Source of the DNA: Deltaproteobacteria bacterium
Lineage (GTDB): Bacteria > Myxococcota > Kuafuiibacteriia > Kuafuiibacteriales > Kuafuiibacteriaceae
Direction: 5' to 3'
Assembly: GCA_040218735.1 (NCBI GenBank)
Contig: JAVJQW010000023.1
Span: 480,001-544,000 of the forward strand
Length of the DNA: 64,000 nucleotides
The translations under genes were made by a program, and so were the position numbers. How positions within the stretch are numbered: the first letter of the stretch is position 1; every line of letters begins with the position of its first letter. The notes under the pieces were generated by a model. That model was given only the letters and a program-made list of their open reading frames with translations, searched no databases and was not told the DNA's origin. Of the stretch, positions 38,291-47,638 are shown piece by piece.

Positions 38291-41200
38291 ATGGGCCCAC
38301 CGTCCAAACGAAAGGCCAAGGCGCTCGTCCCAAGCGGCGGTACACCACTCCCCGCGAAGACGCGTCGCCGCTTCGAGTCGGCGATGAACGTCGACCTCCG
38401 CGACGTCCGGACCCACGCTTCGCGCGACGTTGGTGAACATGGAGCGCGGGCCGTGACGATCGGGCGACACGTGTTCGGGCCTCCGAGCCTGTTCGCGCCC
38501 GATGCCAAAGACGACGTTCGAACCCTCGCCCACGAGCTGACCCATACGGTCCAGCAGCAGGAGCGCTCGCCCCACGGGGCGCTCGAGCGCACCGCGCCTC
38601 GCTCGCTCGAAGAGCGCTACGCCCGCCGCGTCGCCGACGTCGTCTCGACGGGCCGCCCCGTCGATCCAGCGTGGCTTCGGTATCGATCACCTCGCGCGTT
38701 CGTCGCCTACGACGACGAACCCACCGATGCGGATCGCGCCGCGGCCGCGGACCTTCGCCTCGCGGTTCAGGCCCGAGACCAGGCGGCGGGACTTCGTGTC
38801 CTGCGAGCCAACACGGGCCCGGCGATGCACCGCGTTCGGGCGGCGTACGGCGAGGACTTCGTTCCGGACCTGCGCCAGCTCTTTCGCTACCGGGCCCGCC
38901 ACCCGAATGGGCTGAGCGACCTGATCCTCCGAACGGTGCTGCCGGCCGGAACCGAACCCTGGGGCGAGGCCCGCGCGCTCCTCGGTGACGCGCTCACCCT
39001 CGAAGAGGAGCTCCGGACGCTCGAGGGCATCATGAGCTGGAACGTCGCGGCGTTCTGGCGCGTCCTCGAAGAAGCCGACGACGAGCACGTGCTTCGGATG
39101 TTCGAGGCGCAGGGTGTCGAGCCCGAAGAAGGTGATCGACCTACGAGCAACCTGGCCGGTGTTCGGGCGCTGATCGAGAGCGCGCTCGGAGACTCGGAGC
39201 GCTGGCTCGCGAACAACGTCAACGTGCAGCGCGCCATGCGCATCCTGCTCGCGAAGGCAAACCGCGCCCGCGCGGCGCGACGGGCGCGCGGGGTCGAAGC
39301 GCCCCGGACCGATGGCGACGATGCCGACGACGGCCACTTCGACGACCCGCTCCTCGAGGCACACGTCGACCTCGTGTGGAGCCGAATCGTCGAGGCCGAC
39401 CGACGTTGGGGCCCAGCCTTCGAAGCCGAGCCGATGGCGTCCCGCGCGTACCTCGCGTTGGCCGACCTCGAGGCGATAGAACGTCGGGCGATCGGCGTCC
39501 GGATTCGTGCGCGGACGTGGTCCGGATTCGACAGCGATATCGTTGCGCGCCTCGAGGAGATCGCGGACGAGCGGGACGACGCGCAGGCGCTCTCGCTCGC
39601 GATGCGGCAAGCGCTCACTGAGCGCCACCACGACGCCTACGGAATGCAGCTCGCCACCGAGCGCGCCGGCACCCTCGTCCACCGTGCCCGTACTCGGGAC
39701 CTCGAGCGACCACCGACGCCCCCGGGCGTGGAGGTCCCGTCGTTCCTGGAGTTCGGCGCACCGCCGTCCGAAGGCTCGACGCGCGACATCCTCCACGACC
39801 CTGTGCTCCTCGAGCTCCTCCTCGATCACTCGGGGGAGCCGATGAACGTCGGAGGGCAATACATCGAGTGGATGCGCTCGATGGGAATGACGACGGGGGA
39901 GGTCGCCGAGTACCAGATGCGCGGTGTCGGAGACTTCGACGAGCTGTACACGGTCGTCGAGGGCGTTGCACCCGCCGAGCGCTTCAGTCTCGTTCACTTC
40001 AACGCCAACGGCCGGGCGGCGATGCAACGCGCCAACCTCACCGCCGAGCAGGACCGCATGATCTGGGCGCTCGTCAGTCAAGGCGGCCCTTCGCTGCTAC
40101 CGGGGCTCGACGCGGAGAACGACGGTCTCATCGCGGCTCGGCATCTTCTCGCGGCGGCACGCGAGGAACGACCTGACCGCGTCTTCGCCGTTCTGCGAAG
40201 CCTCGACGAACCCACCCGGACCGCGATGAGCCAAACCGAGGCCTACGCCGAGGCGCTCCGCCACCTGGAACGGAGCGACATCGAGGGACGCGTGCTCGCC
40301 GGGAACATCCGACGTGTCGTCCTGCGAGGCGAGCTGCAAGAAGCCCTCGAAGCGTACGCGATCCGACCGGGTACGACGCCGCGGATTCGCGACCGAAGCG
40401 CGTTCGCGGAGCTGATCTCCCACGAGCTCGACCAGGGCGGCGGACGAAGCCGGCAGGTCGAGATCCGTCGCGGTTTTGTCCTCCACCAGCGGAGCCTGCG
40501 CCACCCGGACCTCGAGCTCTCCACGGGGGATCAAGCGCTCGTCGACGCGTACCGTGACTACGCGAACTTCATCGAAGGCGAGGACAACGAGGACCAACAA
40601 CCCCTGTGGAACGTATTGCTCGGCGCGCCCCGCGTCGTCGGTGGCCAGCAGGACCTCGATCCCAACATGGAGGCGGACTTCATGTTCTACCGCCTCCAGC
40701 AATTCGCCGGTCTCCGCGGAGCCGCCGTCGCGCCCTGGGGTTGGGCCCTGCACGATCTCGACGAAGCCACGGTCGGGTTCACGGCGCTCTACGAACGTGT
40801 CCGGCCCGGCGGCGTCAGCCCCTCCGACCTCGCCGAGCTCGTGCTCCGCTACCACGCGGCGATCCGCGCGACCGAAGCCTACCGTGATGCGAACGAATCG
40901 CTGGCTTCGGACGTCGCGTCGATCGTGGCGTGCGTCGTCGGCGTCGCTGTCGTCACCGTGCTCAGCGGCGGCACGCTCGGACCGGTCGCGATCGCGGCCG
41001 TCGCCGGTCTCGCCGGCGGCTCTGCCGCGGCCATCACGGGAGCGGCGCTCCGGCACGAATCCAGCGGCGAAGACGTCGCCACCGACTTCGCGCTCGGCGC
41101 GGTGGAGGGAGCGTTGGCGATCACCGGCGAGGCCCTCGCGGCCCGAGCCGTTCGAGGTCTGGGCCTCGCCGCCGAGGGCGCGGCGGAGGTCGCGACGATG

Positions 41201-43195
41201 TCGGCCGGCGCGACAGCGCGTGCGGCGGGAACTCGCGCGATTCGAAGCACGGCTGCGCGCGGCGCCGAGGTCGCCGTGCGCGGCGCGATCGACGGGGCCG
41301 TCGGCGGCGCAGGGGGCGAGCTGTTTCGGTCGGCGCTCGACGAGGCCACGTGGGATCGGGGCGTCAGCGAAGCCATCGCCCGAATCTTCCAGGCGACGCT
41401 CCGCGGCGCCGCCATGGGCGCAACATTCGGTGGCGCGACCGGGGGGGTGATCTTCGGCGCTGGCGAGGCCTTCAATCGCGTCGCGTCACGTCACGGTACA
41501 CGCGCCGCCCTCGACATCCTCGGCGCCTTCGACGGTACGGAGCTCGGCGTCGGCTACGTCCGCGGATTGGACGAAGCGACGCAGGACGCCCTCTTCCGCG
41601 CGCGCGCAGCGCATAGCATCGGACGCGACGACATCGCCCGGGACCTGCTGACCCGCGAAGCGCGCCTCACTCCGACCGACGCGGACGAGATCCTCGATGC
41701 GCTGCGGGCGCGCGCCGATCTCGCCCGACGGGTCACCTCCGATATCGACCGCACGATCGACGACGATGTCGCCGCGGCGCTCGGTGACGAGCTCGGCGTA
41801 CCGATCCGGGTCGATTCGGATCTGGCCGGCCATCGGCACCGCATCGAGGTCGACTATCGCCTCGGCGTGTGGGGCTCGCCGGATGCGCTCACGATTCGCG
41901 TCGCGCCCGGCACTCCGGTGGGCGACGTCATCGCGCACCAGGCGGTCGTGCGTCGGATCCGCGATTTCGGCCGCGCCTCGCGCAGCTTCCGCGGCTTCTT
42001 CGAGCGCGCGCACGCGTTCTTGCGCGGCGCGAGCGACACGATGCCGCTCCGGGCGGAGCGCCTCGCCGAGCTCGACAAATACGGGCTGATGATCGAGGCC
42101 CGCCAGCGTGCGCTGACTGGAGAGGCGCTCTCGGACGAGCTCGCCGAGCGCCTCGAACGAGAGATCGCCGAGCTTCGTCGTTGGCGGGCCCACTTCGCCG
42201 AACAGCTCGACGAAGTCGGCGCAGGACAGGGGGTCATCCGCTCGGAGGGTGAGATGGACTTCTCCGAGGAAGCGATGCGCGCGCGATGGGAGCGCGACCT
42301 CGCCGAGCCGGATCTGATGGACGACGCGCTCCCGACCGTGACGGAGGCTCAGGACGCGGCTGCGACGTCGCGCTACCGCTATTCGTCATCGACGCAGCTC
42401 CCCGTCGGGACGACGGCGGACGAGGTCCGCGACGCGTTTCGCACGGTTCACTTCGACGGCCGCGGCGCAGAGAGCTTCGGTCAGTTCGAACACGAGTTGA
42501 GGTCGTACGTCGCCTTGGGCGTGATCAGCGAAGCCGACATCATGGAAGTCATCACTCGGCGCCTCAACGGAACGCAGGTCTCGGGCAGGGCCCGCGTGCT
42601 GGGCCCGATCGTTCGCGATGTCCGCCGCATGGCGCGTGCCTCTGCGCTCCGGGAGATCGAGGAGGGTTCACTCGATCTCCTCGAGGTGCTCGACGTTCTA
42701 CCGCCGTTCGGCAAGGGGGACGTGTTCGAGTCCTGGTTCTCACGTCACGGCGGACCCGGTATCGAACAGATCTCGGTCGACGCGCGGCGACTCCGAGAGC
42801 AAGGCCCCACCCTCGCGGGCGACCGTCGGATCGATCGCATCGAAGCCATCAACGGGGACGAGCTCGACGCCGCGACCGAGGACCGGATCCGTCGAATGCT
42901 CGCCGGCGACACGACGGCCGCTCAGGAAGGTCCGATCCCCAGCCTGCGCGTGCGCGAGCTCAAGGCCGGACGTTTCACCGGCGATCATCGCGCGCAGCTT
43001 CGCGACAACCTGCGTCTCCTTCGGCTCGGCGCCGTGAACGAAGTGAGCCTGACGATCACTCGGCTGGACGCGATCGACCCGTCGCAGCTCGCCTGGCTGC
43101 AGCGGCAACTCCGGAGGTACCGCGGTCAGTTCGTGATCGAGGTCGTCAACGGCCCACGAATCACCTCTTCCGCACAGCTCGGCAGGATGCGATGA
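38291..43195 (+). CDS. DUF4157 (eCIS core domain) polymorphic effector with hydrophobic translocation-like region and C-terminal PD-(D/E)xK nuclease-like domain
   Basis: N-terminal GTPLP..RRFE..DLRDVRTH..ARAVT.G..LAHELTHTVQQ. Central Gly/Ala hydrophobic helices. C-terminal GDVFE..RRID..RELK..AQL. Confidence 0.8.
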   Translation: MGPPSKRKAKALVPSGGTPLPAKTRRRFESAMNVDLRDVRTHASRDVGEHGARAVTIGRHVFGPPSLFAPDAKDDVRTLAHELTHTVQQQERSPHGALERTAPRSLEERYARRVADVVSTGRPVDPAWLRYRSPRAFVAYDDEPTDADRAAAADLRLAVQARDQAAGLRVLRANTGPAMHRVRAAYGEDFVPDLRQLFRYRARHPNGLSDLILRTVLPAGTEPWGEARALLGDALTLEEELRTLEGIMSWNVAAFWRVLEEADDEHVLRMFEAQGVEPEEGDRPTSNLAGVRALIESALGDSERWLANNVNVQRAMRILLAKANRARAARRARGVEAPRTDGDDADDGHFDDPLLEAHVDLVWSRIVEADRRWGPAFEAEPMASRAYLALADLEAIERRAIGVRIRARTWSGFDSDIVARLEEIADERDDAQALSLAMRQALTERHHDAYGMQLATERAGTLVHRARTRDLERPPTPPGVEVPSFLEFGAPPSEGSTRDILHDPVLLELLLDHSGEPMNVGGQYIEWMRSMGMTTGEVAEYQMRGVGDFDELYTVVEGVAPAERFSLVHFNANGRAAMQRANLTAEQDRMIWALVSQGGPSLLPGLDAENDGLIAARHLLAAAREERPDRVFAVLRSLDEPTRTAMSQTEAYAEALRHLERSDIEGRVLAGNIRRVVLRGELQEALEAYAIRPGTTPRIRDRSAFAELISHELDQGGGRSRQVEIRRGFVLHQRSLRHPDLELSTGDQALVDAYRDYANFIEGEDNEDQQPLWNVLLGAPRVVGGQQDLDPNMEADFMFYRLQQFAGLRGAAVAPWGWALHDLDEATVGFTALYERVRPGGVSPSDLAELVLRYHAAIRATEAYRDANESLASDVASIVACVVGVAVVTVLSGGTLGPVAIAAVAGLAGGSAAAITGAALRHESSGEDVATDFALGAVEGALAITGEALAARAVRGLGLAAEGAAEVATMSAGATARAAGTRAIRSTAARGAEVAVRGAIDGAVGGAGGELFRSALDEATWDRGVSEAIARIFQATLRGAAMGATFGGATGGVIFGAGEAFNRVASRHGTRAALDILGAFDGTELGVGYVRGLDEATQDALFRARAAHSIGRDDIARDLLTREARLTPTDADEILDALRARADLARRVTSDIDRTIDDDVAAALGDELGVPIRVDSDLAGHRHRIEVDYRLGVWGSPDALTIRVAPGTPVGDVIAHQAVVRRIRDFGRASRSFRGFFERAHAFLRGASDTMPLRAERLAELDKYGLMIEARQRALTGEALSDELAERLEREIAELRRWRAHFAEQLDEVGAGQGVIRSEGEMDFSEEAMRARWERDLAEPDLMDDALPTVTEAQDAAATSRYRYSSSTQLPVGTTADEVRDAFRTVHFDGRGAESFGQFEHELRSYVALGVISEADIMEVITRRLNGTQVSGRARVLGPIVRDVRRMARASALREIEEGSLDLLEVLDVLPPFGKGDVFESWFSRHGGPGIEQISVDARRLREQGPTLAGDRRIDRIEAINGDELDAATEDRIRRMLAGDTTAAQEGPIPSLRVRELKAGRFTGDHRAQLRDNLRLLRLGAVNEVSLTITRLDAIDPSQLAWLQRQLRRYRGQFVIEVVNGPRITSSAQLGRMR

Positions 43196-44160
43196 CGGTG
43201 CCCGTGCTGCCGATCTCGTTCGAGGCTCGAGATCTCCCCCGCCTCCTAACAGACGTGGTCACGACTTTCTGTTCGGGGCGAGCGCCCGACGCCATCGTGC
43301 AGATCGACTCCGATCTCGATCTCGCGCTCGTCGACGATTGGCCGGATCGGTACGCCCACCAAGAGATCGAGGTGACGTTCGGTTCGTCGGTACTCCAAAC
43401 CGACCCGGAGGACCGCGCCGTCATCGCCGAGCTGAATCTCCCCCTCGACCTCGAAGCGCTGCTCACGAGCCTCGAACGGATCGACTTCGAGACCGCCGTG
43501 GTCGGCGCGCTTCACGAGGAGTGGCTCGGGCGGGCCGGCGATCCGAGCTGGGGGATGTCGGGCGCGGGGCTTGGCTTCGGGCACCACCCGCACGGCTTCC
43601 TGACGGCATTCAAAGGCGACGGACACCGCCGACTGATGTCGAAACGCGCCGTCGACTACGGGCCTTGGCGTGTGATCCGCCGCGGAGACCTCACCGCGCT
43701 ACAGTTCCACGCGATCGATGCCGACCCCGCAACGGCCCGCGCGCAGGCGCTTCCGGCGCACCGGTGGCTCGGCTACAAGGTGCAGGATCCGGGCGTCGTC
43801 CTGTTCGGGGAACACCACGTCTACCACCACGACCTTCGCGGCTTCTACGACGTGGAGACCCGCACGTATCGCATCCTCGTCGCGGGTCGGCCGGTCCCGC
43901 TCCAGGAGATGAACGACGCGCGTGAGCTCATGGAGAAACGTCGGCGCGACGGCGACGATGTCATCGACCGCCTCGCGTTTGTCTTTGCGTACGAGGCCGA
44001 GGCGAGAGCTCACCTCCATGAACTTTGGCTTCGAGGGCTCGAGTGCCGCGTCACGACACCGTCGGCCGACGAGGTGCAGCTCGACGCGAGCTACACGCCG
44101 CCGCCCCCGAACCCACCGGAGTGGGTCGCGAGGTTGGAGTCCAACGAAGGTGCCGGCTGA
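43192..44160 (+). CDS. Putative cognate immunity protein
   Basis: ATGA coupling to the effector stop, cytoplasmic 322-aa protein. Assignment is by position only. Confidence 0.55.
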   Translation: MTVPVLPISFEARDLPRLLTDVVTTFCSGRAPDAIVQIDSDLDLALVDDWPDRYAHQEIEVTFGSSVLQTDPEDRAVIAELNLPLDLEALLTSLERIDFETAVVGALHEEWLGRAGDPSWGMSGAGLGFGHHPHGFLTAFKGDGHRRLMSKRAVDYGPWRVIRRGDLTALQFHAIDADPATARAQALPAHRWLGYKVQDPGVVLFGEHHVYHHDLRGFYDVETRTYRILVAGRPVPLQEMNDARELMEKRRRDGDDVIDRLAFVFAYEAEARAHLHELWLRGLECRVTTPSADEVQLDASYTPPPPNPPEWVARLESNEGAG

Positions 44161-46142
44161 AACCGCTGCAGGGTGATGCGATCCAGCATTCGGCCGTCGC
44201 GACGGAGATGACGGGTCGCTGCATCCAGGAGGTCGCGCATTCGGAGCGAGCGCTGCTCGCGCGCTGCGGCGAACGCCGCGTCCACCGCGATGTTCCTGAT
44301 CTGCCCACCGGACGCCTCGAAGCCATCCGCGAGCAAGTCGATCAGGACGTCGTCGTCGAGCGGAATTCCGCGCCCCAACGTGCGCTGCCAGATGCGGCGT
44401 CGTAGCTCGGCGTCCGGCATCGGGAACTCCAAAGCAAACTGGATGCGGCGCGTGAACGCCGCGTCCATGTTCTTCGCGAGATTCGTCGCGAACACGACCG
44501 GGCCCGCGTGTCGCTCGATACGCTGCAGGAGGTATGCGACCTCGATGTTGCTGTAGCGGTCGCGCGCATCCTTGACCTCCGACCTCTTCCCCAGGATCGC
44601 CTCGGCCTCGTCGAAGAACAGCAGCGCATTCGACCGGCGCGCGGCCTCGAAGACACGGTCGAGGTTCTTCTCGGTCTCTCCGATGTACTTGCTGACGACG
44701 CCGGCGAGATCGACACGATACAGATCGAGGCCGACCTCGCTTGCAGCAACACCCGCGGCCATCGTCTTGCCCGTCCCCGACGGACCGGCGAACAGGGCGC
44801 ACACCCCCGCGTTGCGCCCGGCGGCACCACCGACGCCCCACTCGACGAAGACCCGGGCCCGGTGGCGAATCGCACTCACGAACGCCTCGAGCCGTTCGCG
44901 CGTCGCGTCGGGGAGCACGAGGTCGTCCCACGGATCGGTGTCCGTGCCGCGCACGGCGAGACGCCCCAACTCGTGCTCGAGGCGAGAACGGCAGGCGGCG
45001 GTCAGCGCCGACTTCGACGTACCGCGATCGACACGGAGGGACACCGCGGCCTCGCGAACGGCATCAACGACCTGGGCGTCCGAGAGCTCGTACGTTCGCG
45101 CGATATCCTGAAGGTCCGACTCGTCGAGGTCACACGGCGTCGCGTGGATCGCCCGGCGCCATTGCTCGACGCGCCCCTCGAAGCTGGGCGGTGAGAGTTT
45201 CAAGACGTGGGCGGGCGCCCCGAGGGACGAGAGCCGCCACGCGTCGTCCGGGTCCGTGTCGACGAAGACCGGGCCCCCCCACGCGAGGGCGTCGATGTCA
45301 GCGGCGATCGAAGCGGACGACCACAACCCGCGCACGTAGAGCGCGGCATCGTCGAGCCGCGCACGTAGACGAATGCTCCTCAGAGCCGTCACCCGGTCCG
45401 CTCCGGTCGGCAGACGCCCGAGGTCGACGCTCAGCAGCGGTTGGGTCCGATGCGCCGCGATGTGCGCGGCAGCGCCGAAGGTATCGGCCACAGCGCCGCC
45501 GATCAGAACCACGATGGCCGGCGCCGTGCCGTCGGCGAGTGCGCCCGCGAACGCTTCGAGCCGCGAGGCATCTTGATGCCCCGTGAGCTCCAATGCGGGC
45601 GGGCGAATGCAGCCCTCGGGAGCGCGGTACGGAGCACCCTCGAGCGCCTCGACGACCAGCGGCGCCGCGGTGAACGCGTCCAGCAACGTCGAAGCGTGAT
45701 CCTCGGTCCGTCGAACCAATAACCCCTCGGTGAACAAGCGGCGCTCCGGACGAAGCATCGCGCGGGCCGCCGCGCGGTCGTCGGGCTCGAACACCGCGAG
45801 GGCCAGGTCGACCGTCGCGTGCCCCCGGTAGGGATCGCCGGCCAAGTGGGCGTAAGCCGCCACGAAATCGACATCGAGCTCGGGGGCGAGCGCGAGCAAC
45901 AACACGTCCCGCTCGAAAGGGACGAGCCCCATCGCCGCGCCCAGCCTTCGCACGGGACTCGACGATGCGGCGAGCGTCGCCTCGACATCCGAGATCGCGT
46001 GGACGAGCTCCGTCGGGACCGCGTCCGGCACGACGCCGCCGAACACACGTTCGAGCGGCCCGGCGCGGCGCGTCCAGGCCGTTCGCCTCAGTAGAAGGAG
46101 GAGTCGCTCGAGCTCGAGCGCAGTATCCGGCGCGTAGTTCAT
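44091..46142 (-). CDS. eCIS-associated AAA+ ATPase (Afp15/Pvc15-like), copy B
   Basis: Start MNYAPD. Motifs GLVPFERDVLLLALAPELD, WDDLVLP, ALFAGPSGTGKT, VVSKYIGETEKNL and LFFDEAEAILGKRSEVKDARDRYSNIEV. Last gene of the structural operon. Confidence 0.9.
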   Translation of the reverse strand: MNYAPDTALELERLLLLLRRTAWTRRAGPLERVFGGVVPDAVPTELVHAISDVEATLAASSSPVRRLGAAMGLVPFERDVLLLALAPELDVDFVAAYAHLAGDPYRGHATVDLALAVFEPDDRAAARAMLRPERRLFTEGLLVRRTEDHASTLLDAFTAAPLVVEALEGAPYRAPEGCIRPPALELTGHQDASRLEAFAGALADGTAPAIVVLIGGAVADTFGAAAHIAAHRTQPLLSVDLGRLPTGADRVTALRSIRLRARLDDAALYVRGLWSSASIAADIDALAWGGPVFVDTDPDDAWRLSSLGAPAHVLKLSPPSFEGRVEQWRRAIHATPCDLDESDLQDIARTYELSDAQVVDAVREAAVSLRVDRGTSKSALTAACRSRLEHELGRLAVRGTDTDPWDDLVLPDATRERLEAFVSAIRHRARVFVEWGVGGAAGRNAGVCALFAGPSGTGKTMAAGVAASEVGLDLYRVDLAGVVSKYIGETEKNLDRVFEAARRSNALLFFDEAEAILGKRSEVKDARDRYSNIEVAYLLQRIERHAGPVVFATNLAKNMDAAFTRRIQFALEFPMPDAELRRRIWQRTLGRGIPLDDDVLIDLLADGFEASGGQIRNIAVDAAFAAAREQRSLRMRDLLDAATRHLRRDGRMLDRITLQRFQPAPSLDSNLATHSGGFGGGGV

Positions 46143-47638
46143 GACTTCATGGCCTCCAGTCTCACGACGACGTCGGGTCGCCACGACAGCCTGAGCTCGA
46201 TGTCACAGAGCCGAGTCATCCGCACCACCACGTGCAGTGGCGGCCGTGCGACCTCGACGAGGATCTCACCGGGCGCGTAGGAGACGCGCCCGGGGACATC
46301 GAGGACGTTCTGCCACACAAAGGCCGGCGACGAGGCACCGAAGCCGATCAGCCGGGCGGCGACCCTCTCCACGCACCAGCGACTCGCGGCGCGCACGGCC
46401 TCGACCGGTGCCTTGGGCGTCGCGTCGTCCACGATGCGCATCGGGCACTGCACGGCGAGCCACTGCATCGCTTCCGTCGGTCCGACGCCGCCCCCTACGC
46501 CCATCATGTTGCGAAGCGGCGGATCCTCGAAGAGCGTCGGCCACGCCTCTCCGGCGGCAAACGCGACGACGAACAATCGACAAAGGGCGTCGGCAGCGAC
46601 GTCGCCACACGACGCCCAATCCTCGGCGACACCGTCGAGGTCGAGCGCGTCCACGAACGGGAGCAACATCATCGCGCCCCCAGCGCGCGTGAGCTCTCGC
46701 GTCGGCGACGTGCGCTTGGGGCCGTCGCCCGCGCCCGGTCGGTGCGGTTCGAGACCGGCCGCAGTGCGGAGCACGCGAAGCAGCGAAGGCGGCACGTCGG
46801 CTGCGTTCACGTCGTCGGCGAGAGCAGGAGACGGCGGGTCCTCCATCGCTCCGGACGGGGTCCGCTCGGTGCTCGTCGCCTGCTGAGCGATCAAGCGCTG
46901 GGCCTCGCGTACCCATCGCACCACGGCCGCACTGACCGAACCGCCGGACGCGGCGTACGCGACCACGATCGATGCCGTCGCTCGCCACGAAGTCAGGCGT
47001 GTGCGCGGCAGCGACAACGATTCGGAGGCCAGCACCTCTGCGACCGTGTCTGGCGCGGGCGAAGACGTCGTTGGATCGATCCATCCCTCGACCCAAAGGC
47101 GAGCGTCACGCTCCGTGACGACATCCACCACCTTCGAACGCACCGTGCGATCGAGCGTTTGCCACGCCGCCATCCCCAGCTCCCGATCGGCGGTGAGGGC
47201 CGTCCGTATCGCCGGTGAGGTCGGGACGACGCGGAGCCCGTCGAAACGCCGGAGGAACCAGGCCCCCTCATCGCCGAAGGCGCGACGCTGCACGTACGCC
47301 GCAAGCTCGTGCGCCGGACTCTCGAAGCGCACCACGTCCTCTCCTCCCCCGGCGAGCATGGCCAGCAAACGCTTCGCGATCGCGACGGCCCAAACCTCCG
47401 CCTGCTCGCGCGGCGGGAGGCTCGCGTCGAGATCGAAGTCGAGCTCCAGCCGCCGAATCGCGATCACCTCGCCCCGGTCGGGGAGCGCGAGCGCATCGAG
47501 CACCCGCGCGAGCGCATCACACAACCGTGTCTCGACGACGTCGTCGAGGCGACGACGGAGCCCTTCGCGATCCGGATGATCACGAGCGACGAGATACTCC
47601 GCCGAGAGCCGGCGCACTGCGACTTCGTAGCCTGACAT
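46139..47638 (-). CDS. Putative CIS tape-measure protein (Afp14-like)
   Basis: Lies between the fibre gene and the ATPase. N-terminal IAIRRLELDF, internal GGAMMLLPFV and C-terminal PPLHVVV..LSW resemble CIS tape-measure motifs. Confidence 0.6.
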   Translation of the reverse strand: MSGYEVAVRRLSAEYLVARDHPDREGLRRRLDDVVETRLCDALARVLDALALPDRGEVIAIRRLELDFDLDASLPPREQAEVWAVAIAKRLLAMLAGGGEDVVRFESPAHELAAYVQRRAFGDEGAWFLRRFDGLRVVPTSPAIRTALTADRELGMAAWQTLDRTVRSKVVDVVTERDARLWVEGWIDPTTSSPAPDTVAEVLASESLSLPRTRLTSWRATASIVVAYAASGGSVSAAVVRWVREAQRLIAQQATSTERTPSGAMEDPPSPALADDVNAADVPPSLLRVLRTAAGLEPHRPGAGDGPKRTSPTRELTRAGGAMMLLPFVDALDLDGVAEDWASCGDVAADALCRLFVVAFAAGEAWPTLFEDPPLRNMMGVGGGVGPTEAMQWLAVQCPMRIVDDATPKAPVEAVRAASRWCVERVAARLIGFGASSPAFVWQNVLDVPGRVSYAPGEILVEVARPPLHVVVRMTRLCDIELRLSWRPDVVVRLEAMKS

